Source: Bigelowiella natans CCMP2755 (Eukaryota; Protista; Cercozoa). Taken from it: DNA of 64,000 nucleotides. Made by a program: the position numbers and the translations under genes. The notes under the pieces are model-generated. The model was not told where the DNA came from. It did not search any database and saw only the letters and a program-made list of their open reading frames with translations. The stretch is from assembly GCA_000320545.1 (NCBI GenBank), contig ADNK01000260.1, positions 1 to 64,000 on the forward strand, in the 5' to 3' direction. Of the stretch, positions 1 to 14,099 are shown piece after piece. Within the stretch, counting starts at the first letter, position 1. Each line of letters begins with the position of its first letter.

Positions 1-3000
1 GCTGTATGCCGTCGTTATAACTCATCATCATCATCATCATCTTGATCTTTCTAATACCTTTAGAATGCCTCTATCTACGTGTCCCATTACTACCCTGGTT
101 TGATATTAAGTACACATGATGACGGATTGACCAAAGGCACGCATTGATTTGGCTACTGACCTTGATAGATCGGCACCATGTGTGCTTAATTCGTTGAGGA
201 TATGAAAAGGGGATTCCCTAGAATAACCCTACATCAGCAACCCATACAATAATCAACTAATCAGTCCATCAATCAACACATAAAATGATCGAAGCGGAGA
301 GGAGGAGGAGGAGGAGGAGGAGGAGGAGGAGGAGGAGGAGGAGGAGGACAAGGAGGAAGAGGAAGAAAATTGAGATTCAAGAAAGATAAAGGTTGGCGGA
401 AGTGCACTCATATTCTATCCCCATCTTTATTAGAAGATGCGGGTAACGACGACGACGACGACGACGACGATGATGATGATGATGATGATGAGCTTTTCAT
501 CGTCGATATGTTATAAGAAGCACAGATGTCATCATCATCATCAACAACAACAACAACAACAGTAACATCAGCATAGCTGGTTATATTTATTAAATAACAG
601 AAATTAAAGCACCAACCGGATGGATGCTAATGAAGACACCAAGGTCCCTACTAACTCGAGCTGCAGCTTGAAGCACACGTCGCTCATTCGGATGCAGCTC
701 CTGGACAATAAACGTTCGAAAGAGACAGGGAGATAATCGATAGACAACAACAACATTAACAAATTACAATAACAAACGTTTTCATGGCAGAGTTTAGTAA
801 AGATAAAATCATCGTAGTGATCAAACACATCAAGCTACGTGTCTACACACACAGCACTCATCCACTCATCGTGTACATTAAGGTAACAATACTTAATGGT
901 TCCTCATGTGTTCGTACTACTTCTAAGGAAACGTTCAAATTTGGTGGTTATGTTGTTCAATAAATGTGCAGAAGTCAAATAATTATACAGTTGTGCATCC
1001 AAGTTCTCCGATGTATCCAGCACAAATACCGTCCTCACAGTCCTGTACGTCAACGCATACATGTACATCATCATCAATACCATTATTACCACTACTGTAA
1101 CAACCAATAGCAACAAACTATATGTAACAGCATGTGTGAATGTAAAACATAGCTTGGGGGTGTTATGTAATAGCTTTATTAGACTTTTGTGCCGCTTTTA
1201 AAAATGAATGCAGCTACCAATTTATACGATGATGCCTTTGAAATAATTGTAATGAATATAATAATGATAATGATGATGAAGATTTATTACTCACCTCCCC
1301 CGTCCCTGTCAGATCTGCAATCAATCTGTGGATGCAGGAGAGGAGGGAAGAGATTATTCAAAAATAGTCACATCAAAAACAGCCTCCCTATATCCCTTAT
1401 TAGGCCCAGAGGCAGCCAAGTGAAGCTATCATCGTGATTAGTTTCAGCACTTATCTTCCAGGGCTTTACTGGAACGAGTCGTCATGTCCTTTGGATGTGT
1501 TCGGGCTAGATACCATCCAGTGCCTGAGAGTCACAGCAGCACGTATATTCGATAAGAAAAGCAAAGGCAAGAAAGACAGGGAAGCCTTGTGTAGCATCTC
1601 ACATAGCTGCAAAACGTGGCTCTGCTGTAGCTGTGTGATAAACAGATTATACGTGTATGGTTGTTACCCATGACTACGTGCAAGCCTGTCTTGGAAGAAA
1701 TATCCTTGAGCTTACCTGGGTGTCCTTCTGTAAAGTGGATATCAGTATCACCACAGGTTGACAGATGATGAATAAATAGAAGCAGACATATGCAATTCCA
1801 TCAACTTCCTCCTTATGGGATGTAGAGTGAGAGGGAAGTAGAAGAAAAGAAGAAGATGAAGAAGAAGAAGAAGAAGAAGAAGAAGAAGAAAGTATAAATA
1901 TGATAAAAAACATTACTCTCACGCATCATCATCTTCTTCTCTTCTTCTTCTTCTTCTTAACTGGTTCGGATTCCATCGATCGAGCACTCGACAATGCACC
2001 TGTGTACAACTTGCATGTGAATACTTATTATTATCGTTGATAACAGTAATGGTGATAATCATAATTCGACAAATGAACGTGCTTGCATTTACTTCTCCTT
2101 GCTGAATGATGATGATTATGATGATTATGATGACAGCGAACTCCTTGATGGAATGGTGATGACAACAAACAAGAACAATAGGTTTCAAGCATGCATTGTA
2201 TTGAAGAGTAATCTTGAAGCATGAAAGAGCTTGAATGAGCCTCTCGCCAAGAGATACCCGCCACCTGTAGACTTGAACCGGTTGACGTCTTCAATGACGT
2301 TTTCGTCTCCCTCAAGGACCATCTAATTCATACAACGTTAGGATGATGATGATGCTCTGTAAGTAATCACAATAAAAGTTGCATTTTAGATAACACTTTA
2401 GCCGGCGCACATTGTCCTTTGTCTGAGAGAAGAACATTCGATTTTCAGCGGCGATATCCACCTGAGGGAAACATGAAAGCGTGCCTTGGTAAAAGCAGCA
2501 GTTGTAATGCCAAGAACGAGATGTTGCTATTCCTTCGGCGACAATATAATAAAGCTGCCATTACAGTCATCTTGCTCTCCCACAGACGTATTTCCTCCTT
2601 TGTTCCCTTCAAAGCTGATTTATGATGAATGAGTAGGTAATCACCTTAATCTGATAACCCAATAAGCAGATTATCCTGGCTTGTGTTTGCCAAATTGAGG
2701 AGGTGAGTAATTGGTAATCAAGTACCTGGGTCTCCTGGAATATCGTCCATACAACCCCAATTTTGAGAATAGTCTACGACAAGGTGCTCATGCATCAACG
2801 TCGGGCCCACGCTGATTGTTAAAGAGGGATGATAACACAGTTGGCTGCTGTCTGATCGATCATCAAATGCAACGCCGTCTTGAATACATGAACCACCTTC
2901 CCAATTTTGTCGTACGATACTTTCTTGCCAGATTTTCTCACAAATCCTTCGTATTATACGATTCGTTCTCCTCTTACCTTTCTGGAGAGATGGATCCGTT

Positions 3001-3153
3001 GACGGTTTGCACCATTCCTTTTTGAGGACGGTCTAGAGTCCTCGAGGATGGTGACAATAACGATGAAAATAAAGCACGTAGATTGCGCCTGCTTAACGTA
3101 AGGATTTGATTTCTCAAAGTCAATTGAGACTGGAATCGAACGAGTTGTGCCAT
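1..3153 (-). CDS. PTER: Phosphotriesterase-related protein (amidohydrolase, PTER-like), multi-exon, 3' end runs off the window
   Basis: Spliced by hand over GT-AG introns: KGMVQTVNGSISPES-VGPTLMHEHL, FKSTGGG-CIVECSIDGIR, KTGLHVVMG-TGWYLARTH, GICAGYIGELGC, ERRVLQAAAR..ISIHP-GYSRESPFHIL, VVMGHVDR. These are the metal-binding motifs of the PTE/PTER family. The R/S/L-rich N-terminus (MAQLVRFQSQLTLRNQILTLSRRNLRALFSS) resembles a mitochondrial presequence. An upstream ATG at 3204 is also possible. Confidence 0.9.
296..560 (+). repeat. Intronic microsatellite cluster (GAG)n, (GAC)n(GAT)n, (CAT)n(CAA)n
   Basis: Directly visible inside a PTER intron. Confidence 0.9.
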
Positions 3154-3325
3154 GTCCGATGTTTGTCGCCTCTCTTTCCTATGTGTCCTGCGTCGAGCTA
3201 ACATCGCGCAGTTATTTGAAAGAAAAGGCAGCGAAAAATCAAAAAGATGAATCGTCATAGGTATCCAAATGAGCTCCAAACGCGCAGAGCATGAGATCTC
3301 CTCACCCTGCTGTCAAAGAGTATAG

Positions 3326-4450
3326 TTTGACGTTCTCCTCCCTCGTGCTCTTTCGCTTTCTCCGAGGAGAGAAAAAGAAGAGCACTTGCTGCTGCTGCTG
3401 CTGCCCTGCCGAAAGAATCAAATCAATCAAATCAATCAAATCCATCCAAATCAAGAAAAATGGAACAATTCCATGCAATTTGCTACTACGACAACGGAAG
3501 CAACAGTGACCGGACTGCAAATCGCGAAGATTTTGCAGAACCGCTTCATTCATTCACCTTCGTACACTTTGGAAATGTAGTTCTTCATCATTGTTTCATT
3601 GTTTCATTGTTTCGTTCGCCTGGGCGGAAACCAGCGACCTTCTCGAAGTGCGTTGCCTGTTGTGTGTAGTTGCAGATGCACACACATGTTTCTGCGCAGA
3701 CAGATGCAGCACACATGACACAATCGTCATGCATTTGCATCACTGGAAGCACTTCACGTGCCAATTTCTTCGGCTAGTTTGATCGTTCATTCTGTTCGGC
3801 CGTGTGCACACACACTTGCACGTTCATTGTTGCACGCCTCACACACGTCACAAAGCGGTGACGCAAAGACGTTCACTGATGCCATGCTAGCATGCATGTG
3901 TGCCACCTTCCAGCCTTGCACATTCCACACACGTGCATGTTGGCTCAGCAGTCGTCATTGCTGCATCATGCCAGCATGCTGAACACCGCGTGCCGCCACA
4001 AAATGCATCTCTGGATGCAGCCACACTGGCACAAGCACGCTGACATGCGAGGATCAATGAGCCGAACCGAACTGATGCGATGAGCGGCACAGCATCATGA
4101 TCAAGTTGTTCCAAGTGTCTAGATGCATTTTTGCTAGCTAGCTAGTCTAGTATTGTTTCATGAAACTTCAGAATTTCGGCTGCACACGTGTGCCTGACAA
4201 ATACACGTAGGCACCACAACACACATCTAGACATGGGATGCAAGGAACATGCACATGGAGATGCCATGCTAGCATGATGGAACTTGATGGCAATTGCATG
4301 CTGGATGTAGTTGTGATGAACGACCATGTGTGGGACACAAGAATGGCACAGTTGCATTGCATCTATCGAGACTATGTCTGATTCGACAGGTTGTGCAATT
4401 TCTTGTTGTGTGCTTCAATTTGTTGCAGCCTCATAATTTCGCCCATTGCA
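3326..4450. other. TpA-depleted island with CTAG footprints (upstream of PTER)
   Basis: 3565-4150 has 9 TpA (7 CTAG, 2 GTAG) and none in other contexts. Footprints at 3883, 4223 and 4265; decayed forms at 3906, 3967 and 4022. Confidence 0.85.
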
Positions 4451-4749
4451 TCATATACCTATCAGAACATTATCAGCACGAAACCATGCAACCAATAGGG
4501 TTTCAGATTCATGCTCACAATGCCTAACGTACCAATTTAATGTGTGCTCTGATCTCCGAAGCCTTTTCTGTGAGCTTTTCTCCTTTCCTGAAGAAAATGA
4601 TACTAAGAGGTGTAAATGTCCGTCAGAAGTTGAATGATACCTTTTTAAATGTTCCTCTTTCTTTTTACAAAACTCAATAGCCTGTGAAAGTTGTATGATC
4701 GGGAGATATACTGTTTATAGGCTAGCATGGAGAACAATTAATTTTTTAG

Positions 4750-7103
4750 GGTGAAACGCCATCTCACCTCATCGAGAGTGAATTCTACGTGGAGGGTAAG
4801 ACCGACATCGACGACTATCCTGCTAGGATCTGGACTGTGGTAGTGAGAAACATTCATCAATGAATACTTTAATTCTCTCCAACCGTTTATGGTACTTACA
4901 CAACAGCCTGAGAGTAAAACTCCGAGCCTAGATTCACAAGAGATTCCAACTGAAGAGACAACACAAACGAAACAACTTTCGTAAGCACTGCATTCTAAAA
5001 GCAGGTTTGAACTTGAGCCACCTCTGTTTGCTTGCTTTCACGAACCACTGCAATATTGTTTCGGAGCTTGATGCTAGACAGGGGATGATGTTACAAATAC
5101 AATCGCAGCGAATGTTTGAGATGCTTACTATTCTGAGTGCTCATCAAAGATTTTGTCCCGCGCTTCTAGTACACTCTTTAAAGTTACTTTGAGCTTTGTT
5201 TCAACAATATTATGGAATCTGAGATACAGATCAGTTGCTTAGGTTTGGTTAAAGCTACATACACCAGTCTCAAATGCGAAACCTTTCGAGCTTGCTGTTC
5301 GGGGGGAATCCATGGTGGGATGGCCCTACTTAACCACAGCAATAAGAAGCACATTTTGACTAAAAAAGTAAAGTAGCTGGGAGATATACGATTTCATGGC
5401 AAAAACTGAATCTTGAGTATTGAACGTACCCTCCATGGTCGTCGCACTGATCTGTTCAGGTAGCTAATGGTGCTCCACTTTCCGTTCTATGAGTTATTTT
5501 CGAATAGTTTAAGAATATCTTGTTTGAATAGGGGCCAATGAGTATACTGTCCGTAAAAGAGAGTGAATGTTGAAGAGGATGATGTGGGAGATGCGTGTTA
5601 ACGACGAACACTTGCCTTGCCTCCACGTCCTGCCTCCTGCAGCTCTCGGAAGCGTCTAGTCCAACCCTACTTTCCCTGGGAAAATGCTAAATGGAGGGCA
5701 TTTTTCACGTATAATTACCGAAATGTGTTGTCGTTTACAAATAAAGGACATTTATTGAGCTCAAGTTGGAAGTGGGAAGAAGATCCACTCCACAATCCAC
5801 CCAGCAACGACACGCTTTTCTGACGAGGAGGAGGGAGAGAGAGAGAGGCTTACGTAATCTGTACACTAGCCACGGGTAAATGCCGCAGTAGTTCACTGTT
5901 GTAGCTTTTATACATATGTTCGTGCCATCAGAGGAAAGTATATCAGTGAAATCGCTCATACGCAAATCATCCTCTTCGGCGTCATTTCCGATAAAGCATC
6001 ACGATTTTTGTGTGATTTCTTCACTTATTTAACCCAGATTCACGAACCTAACTTCCCAACGAATGATATTTTTTGTCCGCAGGCTATTAGTTGGTTGGCT
6101 CGGCCATACCCAAGCTATTTCTCTCTTGTTCTTCTGCACATGATTATTCATAAAACATCGGTCGGTGCTGAGAAAGCATTCGGTCAAATTTGCAGCTACA
6201 GCTTAAGGGGAAATATATTTGATGCGAATGGAGAGGCACAACCATTTGAGGGCAAACTTAATCTTCCATGCTCCGTAGACTGTGGACAGGTTGCTTTTGA
6301 CATCAATCATCACCACCAACCCCACCACCATCACCATCACAATCCCCTTTCACACCTCGAGTGTTGTTTATTTGTGTTATTTTCAACGTACCATTAAAAT
6401 TGGTAATCGCAACATTATTGTCAAATAAACTCATTACCAACATCAATGTCTTCGTGGCAACCACCCTAAACACCTTATACTACGTATTTGTTCGCATAGG
6501 AGCCGTTTGTGTATCCGCTCGTAGGCCAGACTTTTAATCGTTCCTGTACAGTCGACGGAGCTCTTTGCCGCCGTTTCGATGCTCTAATGCTCGTACTCAC
6601 TGAGAGGTATACATTATCTTCTTGATATTAAAAAAAGTTATAATTGCATATAAGTGACCGTGCTAAAAATAGTGATAATAACATGGTAGTGTGTAATAAT
6701 TTGCATCCCCCGCCTTCACGCCACGATAAATAGGCCTACAGCCAGGCAAGAAACATATTTGCAATGGATTGGCAGCATATCTACCGATGATGGTCAATGG
6801 GGTGGTGTATATCATAGATTAAAGCACCACAGATTTCGTAGCAGTAGTACCAACAAGGAGGACGAAGATGCTAAGAATCAAAGTGGGAAACCTACTGAAG
6901 AAACATTGTTATCTCATGGGCATTTCTCCTGCCACTTCATACCAATGAATGATGGGAAGAGCCTCCCTTTCAGCGTGGTCACGTCAGTATCATCCGGGCT
7001 CCTTAATCGCTCAAAGATAGCAGAGGCATCAGCAGCAGCCGCAGATCATCACATCTCGGATCATCAGAATCTAACGTATGTAGTGGTAGTGGTAGTGGTA
7101 GTG

Positions 7104-7138
<35 letters not shown>

Positions 7139-8665
7139 GGCGTGGTGGCGATTCTTTAAATATTTCATAGTGCTCTGAGGATGATGATGATGATGATGAT
7201 GATGATACGATTACTGCCGTACACAGGGTTGACAAAAGCGGCGCTGAAATGAATGAGAATGATCATGATTCGGATTCAGATTCGCTGAATTTCGAGGGAG
7301 GGGGATTAGATGCAGGAAATGGAGTTAGAGACAGCAGAACAAAAAGTACCAGTACTGCTGAAATCGGGGACAAATTTTCGTCCGTCGGACCAATTTCTAA
7401 TGGTGATGAAATTAGTGGTAGCGACAAGAAAGCTACTGCTGCTGCTGCTGCTAGTAGTGGCACTCATCGTGATGATGCTACTTCAACAACCCACCCCCCT
7501 CCTGTGGAAAATAGCAGTGAAAACCACGACGATGATGGGTACAATGACAAGCAGGACGCTCTCCACAGACCTGATGATGATGATAATGAAGAGGAGGAGG
7601 CAGTAGACGATGCCCGTGGCGATAACGATGACGACATGTTGTTTCAGTTTGATGAAGAGGTTGAGCAGGAGGAGAGGCGAATTCGACGATTTCGAAGAAT
7701 CCATAAGAGCAGCTCCAATCGCCATCGCTCTGGCCAACTCCAGCAGGGGGGTGCAACAAATAAAATTGATATACGTGCCATCAGAAACAAGGACGATGAT
7801 GATGATGTGGGAGAAAGCAGTCATCATCATTTTGCTCCTCACTCGATGCCAATTGCAATTCCAAGACCTCTTATCCACCGAAAAGCAAGGGATGATATGG
7901 CGGAAGGGAAAGAAGAGGCGAAGGGGATAACGACTACGAAGGATGGTAGCGCTAAGAAGAATGTTCTCATCTTACCACCAGAAAGAACACGGGAAACTCC
8001 TAAGGTACTCCTACTACAACTACTACTCTTACTACTATTACTACTGTTACAAGAATGCTAACTTGAAGATGATAAAGTTCATTATCGCCACGACTGCCAT
8101 GCCATTCTCCTCCTCCCCCCCCCTCCGCCTCCTCCACCGCCTCCTCCTCTTCATCATCATTATCATTATCATCACACAATGAAGCAGCAGTAACGTGCCA
8201 AACAGTACGAATAAGTATGTCTTTTACACAGAGTTGTAGTAACTCTTGATTTCCTTTTTCACTCATTATTGTAGAAGTAGAATTCAGTTGATTCAATTGG
8301 CAATAGAGGTGTTCTTCCATGGTGAGCTTCCTCTGATCATTATTCTTCGCTACAGATTGTTCCTCCTCACACTCTGGTCGAGAATGGCTTCTGGTCTTTT
8401 GCTCCTGATCTGAAATTCCCGAAAACTGCTCAAGCACTTAGGGCAACTATTGGGTAAATGTAGGCCTGTTTATACGTATTGAATAAAAAAGCAAGCAGTA
8501 GAAGATGCGGCATGGAAACTTATTATCAATATATTGTTTATTTTGCTAAGCTTTTATCGTTTCCATTCGAGTAGGAGTGCTAGGAGCAGCGGAAGAAGAA
8601 AACGGCGGGGCCCAAAGAAAGACAAAACTATGCCTGCTAACATAACTCTCACTTCCTTCGAGAAG

Positions 8666-8704
<39 letters not shown>

Positions 8705-8933
8705 AATACATCCAAAATTTTACTTCACTTAATTCCCACTTATCGGAAATAATTACACCTTATTCGTTCATTTGATTAAATGTATCACGCCACGACGACT
8801 GTGAGAAGAAAAGACTATTCTTACTCAGTTCCTCCATCAGATATCTATCAGAAACACTCCTGTTCGAGCTCCTACACAGAGTATGCTTGGCAAAAGCTTT
8901 CAAGATGCAGGAGCCTACATGCCACGACGGTAG
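4750..8933 (+). CDS. Multi-exon hypothetical protein with an acidic low-complexity C-terminal half; start not determined
   Basis: Open exons with GT/AG borders (e.g. 4750 GETPSHLIESEF; ORFs 6008-6397, 6759-7178, 7249-8061; IVPPHTLVENGFWSF at ~8357; last exon ISIRNTP..AYMPRR* ending 8933). No recognised domain. Confidence 0.55.
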
Positions 8934-9059
8934 AGATAGATAGAAGCTGACATCGGCAAATGTGAAGGTGATGGAAATTTAAGGCTATACATGAACGCAT
9001 CGAAGCTACATTATTCATTCGACGCGCCCAAAATGAATAAATGTCTTTTTTTAAAGTTG

Positions 9060-9360
9060 AACTTACACATGTTTTGTGAAATGCATATCACTGCATAGAT
9101 GCAGACAAAGTAAATGCACACATTGATGAAACGTTAAAACGACTGGCTCGCAATTAGCAAGGCACTGGTAGTATCCTGGCTCTTTGCTCGCATGCATTAT
9201 TCATGGCATGGCGGTCCGCATGGTGCGCATGGCATTTCGAGGTTGACAAAATAAATGACATGCATGCGGCCCGCGCTGCAGTCAATTGGCCAGATCGAGT
9301 ATATATTAGTTCAATGCTGCATACGACATTCGCTTCTGCGCGCGCGTATCTCATTAATTG
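9060..9360. other. Weak TGCA/CATG-rich island in a convergent gap
   Basis: Local excess of CATG/TGCA with only partial loss of TpA. Confidence 0.45.
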
Positions 9361-10070
9361 TTGAATTCGGAAATATATACTAGATATATTAGAGTGATTC
9401 GGAAAGTGTTACGTGGTTCTTGCCTTCAACTTGACAATTACTAAACTGTTTAGTTAACACAACATGGGGATCACCCAGGCCACATATGCGCTGCATCATA
9501 TAATCGCAAGGTGCCCCAGCGGCACTGTCTCATTCATTTCATATTACTCTTCTCATGCAGTCCTGTCTCGTGATACGAGTAGCTCTGCATACTATTCTTT
9601 AATCAATGCCTTTATGATGCTATTAAATTTCAGAATATATATTGAATCTGCTCGTTACGTAATCTTTGCTCATTAAAATGTTCTCATTTTCTGATTATTA
9701 TGAGTCGAAACCCAAACAACGATGTACAGCGATATCTAGATTTGCAACTACCACGATGGCAGTGTGTGCATTAGGCATTCCTAAGTCACTTGATACAAAA
9801 TCAAGTGCACCAGTCTATTACTCGTAATGTGGAAGCCACACTTTTCCTGACCCCTACTTTTCCAAGCCCCCATCTATTTTTTGCCAGGATACGACTGCCA
9901 CTTTTCGGTTGCCATACGCAACTGAAATACTAATCTCTTCGACAGTTTTCGAGTTATTATCAAATTTGGGTGGTAGTGCTGATCAAGCGGCGTCGACATC
10001 AACTGATTGATTGCATCAGGAAATCATCGTTTGTTCAGTGTCATGTCTGGCGAAGAAAGGGTGATAATAG

Positions 10071-12604
10071 TCACCGGTGCTGCTTCATAACTAGTTTGTT
10101 CTGCAGTTGAGAAGCCATTCCACCCTTTGCTTTTCCAAGCTTCGGGCACATCGAATCTGATGCGAGTATACGCTGTCGCTTTGATGGCTGCGGTTGTTGA
10201 TATGACGATATTGATGATATTGATGATAATAATGATAACGGTGAGGAGGGTGATGAGTCTAGGGCTGATGAATATTTTGGCGGGTGCTCTGCTCGTCTTC
10301 TCCTAGGCCCAGCAGCAACTCCATTTGTCAGCTTTCCTTCGACACCTTTGAGGGGAGGCTTGCCGATAATTGGCACGGTTTTTGATCGTGGCAGATCCGT
10401 CACTTGAATGTGCGGTGACTTTCCTCCGACGGGGGGTGACGGAAGTCCTCCCATACAGCCTCCTGCCATAGGTGCAGGAAACATATTTCCAGGGGAGTTG
10501 ACCATAGGAGATGCAAGGAGCGGTGATGACAGGCCACCTGGTAGCACAGGAGATCTTGCACTACCCAATCCTGGAGAAAGAACCCCATTCATTGAGAAGC
10601 CTCCGGGGGTCAACCTACCACCAGGAGACTTTCTCATTGAAAAAACATTCATATCCTTTGCTGGGGGGGCAGTAGGAATGTTGTTGTTGTTGCCATAAGC
10701 GCTGCTGGTATCATTCAGAAGATTGCGCATGTGACGCGGTTGCTGACCCTGCACGAAATTAAAGGGAGAGGAAACTGTTGTCAGAATGATACAAGGCGGA
10801 TTTCATCAACGTTATCCTTAAACAGCAGCCAGCATCACTTTGTTCGATAGATAGTCGATCAATCAAGCTTATCACCATCACTATTATCTCACAATCACTA
10901 CTACAATATATTCTACCAAATGCTGCTGCAGCGTCCCATTGCCAGCTCCTTGCCGATGACCGTGCATGGATCCTGGTTGCTGCTGTTGGATGCGATGCTG
11001 ATGCTGATGCTGCTGCTGCTGAATTTGATGGTACATCATCCTCTTCTGTTGAACTTGCTGTTGCTGTTGATTTTGCATACTGCGAACGTTGATGATCGTT
11101 TGCTGTTGCTGTTGTTGTAGCTGCTGAGCTTGTTGGGCACGTTGTCTAGCTTGTTGCCTCCGTGCCTTCAGATCAGCCCCGTGATCGAAGTTTAGTTTTG
11201 GGGAACGAATCAAAACTCCCGACATCCACAACTTAATGATTTCTTTATCCCTATGCATTGCGGCACTTAAGAGTCCCTCCATTGTGTTGGGGTAAAGAGG
11301 ATAGGATGGATTAAAACCGCGCTGCTTGATCTGAATGCGGAGCTTCCCATGGAGCTTCGAGACACCGTGAGGGTAGAGGTCCCATTCCCAGGATTGCTTT
11401 GACTTGTAACGAGGTCGGTTGTTAGTAGTAGGTCCAACATAAAGCCTCCCTTCATAAAACACCTTTCCGTCATGCCGACGGACATAGCCAAGAATGCTAT
11501 TTTTCTGCTGCTGCTGCTGCTGCTGCTGACTTCTTCGGTCAGCTTGTGGCATAGAAGTAGCGGTAATCCTGCCTCCACCACCACCACCACTATCGTTTTG
11601 CTGCTGATATCGCATCTGATTAACAGAATATCAATTCATAAAGCAATATCCCTACGAGGAGTCAAAAGGTCTAGTTGAGAGACCATATCTTCTATCTGCG
11701 TATCCTCTTCATATTATTTTTGTTGGTGCATGCGCGCGCACGCGCGCGCGTGTGTGTGTGTGTGTGTGTGTGTTTGCACGTGTGTGGGCAAGGCTATTTA
11801 TCTCACCTCGACCATCCTTGGTGGCTGACGAAATGCAAGCTTTTGCCCAATAGGGGGTCGTTGCTTAAGTGGCATGTCATGGATACGCTGGCGTGTCGAG
11901 TCGAACTGCATTCGATGTTGCGGTTGGATGTATGCTGGTTGCTGTTGGCGCGGTAGCCGTTGGTTTACACGTCCCATAGTCTGAGCAGACGAAGGGCCGC
12001 TTACATTCCCCCCCCTTTTTGTATCCATGCGTTTTCTCTCCATAGTACTACCGCTACTACCATGCTCTGAATTTGGACGAAGAGCTCCCATCTCGTATGT
12101 AATTGGCGTCTTATACTCTTGGTTCTTCGCGTCGGCGGCTGCTGAAGTTAGGAAGTTCATAGGGTTGTTCTGTTCTCCCTGACTAGGTAAATTTGCGTCT
12201 AATAATCTTCCTCCTCCTCCTCCTCCTCCTCTTCCTTGATGCTGAATTGGTGGGGAGCGGCTGAAGAACGTGCTGATATCGATATTCCTGTCTGGCGACC
12301 CAATGGGCGATCGTGCGACTGGCGAAGTTCCGCCGCCATAATTTTTAGGTAGAAGTCCCCCAAATGGGCTCGAGACATCTCCATTACCTTTAGGGAACTG
12401 TGGGGAAGCATTTTTTCTCCAGCGGCGTTTCCTGGCAGGAATAGTAATGGTCCCCATTGGATTTGGGTGCTTTCTGCTGCCCATTCTATTGTTCCGGTGC
12501 GAAGCCTCTACAGCCTCATCGCCATGTGATAACTCGTTGTTGAATGCTACTGTATTCTTGTTGGACGATTCTCCTACACCAAATTTATCTGTTGGGGTTG
12601 TCAT
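10071..12604 (-). CDS. Q/P/S-rich putative transcription factor with an AP2-like DNA-binding domain (3 or more exons)
   Basis: ORFs 11798-12604, 10884-11615 and 10071-10754 are separated by introns. LYPHGVSKLHGKLRIQIKQ...YPNTMEGLLSAAMHRD fits the AP2 pattern GV..(3 strands)..AA.xRD. Basic NLS-like stretches (ARKRRWRK, PRRRR) and polyQ are present. Confidence 0.6.
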
Positions 12605-14099
12605 AGTCCCTGGCTTGCGCAGTTCAACCTAGTAAAAGGAAGGCGGAATCTCTTGTCTCGCCCCCGTCCTGGAGGAAGGTAGAAAGAAGCCAGACAGTGG
12701 GTAGGCTGAATATTTGGCCAGTGAACCTCCACTTTGGTCGAAGAACAACAACTTGTACGGTGCGTGTGTGCGTCGTACCTTCGATTCGTTCTAACTCTGT
12801 TGATACTACTACTACACTTCTGTAGGCGCTTTTTTCTCGTTTCAAGAGGTAGTTTGCTTCGAAGGAAAGCTGTTGCAAGGCGCTACCGCGGACTAGTCGC
12901 CCTTCCTCGTCGCTTTGTATCTCTCTTCCACCTTTGTTTCGAGTCTTTCCCTCCATTTCATCACATATCTCTTCTCCGAAAATAATGGATATCATTCAAA
13001 ATCACACAATAAAGGAAATATTTCATGTCTCTATAACAAATAAAAAGTAATTAGATATGTCGTATTAGATATGATGGCACCTTGATATCTTAAACATTTT
13101 GTTTCTTCTCGTGAACCGAGATGCTACCAGTAAGACGATTATAATGTTAATGTCACAATGGAGTAATAGTCTCCACTTTGACATGGAAGATATCATGTCT
13201 TACTAATAAAATGCATGAATATCAGATCATCCCTCAGGATAAGTAGATCTAACATACGCTGATTTCTCATGATGAAGTGTTTTTGTACGATAAATTTCCT
13301 AAAATAATTCACTGAACAGTTGCAGCTGACAATGTGTTCACAAAATGCAACACAAATATTTAGCATGAAGATCTATTTCGAGTGTGTTCAAGATATTTTC
13401 CGGTGTGTTCGACGTTCTGTTTACATATTTTTGCCTCGGGACAATTTCTGCTGTATTTTGCGCAATACGTCCTTGATAATTACACAAATAGGGATGTATT
13501 TCGGCAAAATAGTCCAAAAACACCGTAGCTCACTGAGTGATTTTTAATTTTTTGGCTTAACTTATTGTCTATGATTTGGGACTCTCTTGGCTAAACTTAG
13601 TGTCTCTCTTTCACACTTTGAAGGGGGCCCTATTTTACCTCAGTACTTTTGCATAATTGATTGTCGCAAAGAAGAAGAAGTTTACATTTTCGTCCAAATA
13701 ATACCATGCTTTTAAGTCAGGACTTTGATTGGCAAGAGTTACTCACCATATGTAAAAACGGGGGATAAATTCTGTTTGCGTCATACCTTTGTAGTTTGAA
13801 AGTTGCCCTTTCAGATGAAATTTCCGCCAGGCGTTAAGCGTTTCCATAGGAAGAGTTACGTCGCTACCACAAAATGATAACGCGCTACAGGAGCGTACAG
13901 AGTTCCTTCGTTTTCTTCAAATTCATGATGTTCATTACAAGTCGTATTCATTATTTAACATCTTTTAAAATTATCATAAATAGCCTACATGTACTATCTG
14001 CGACTTAACCTCAGGATTGTCGTACGAGAAAGCAGATATTCATACCACAACCGGCATCATCGCGAAGACCAACCACCGAATTGTGAGCAACACAAACGA

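Noticed and set aside
3565-4150. CpG-methylation decay or fungal RIP as the cause of the TG/CA excess
   Set aside because: CpG is abundant and TpA is what is missing; RIP would increase TpA.
3386-4527. Many overlapping short Cys/His/Met/Ala-rich ORFs in the islands (also 25267-25720, 28766-29491, 36609-37173, 47721-47963, 56650-57180)
   Set aside because: Artefacts of TpA loss, which removes TAA/TAG stops and enriches TG/CA codons; no protein motifs.
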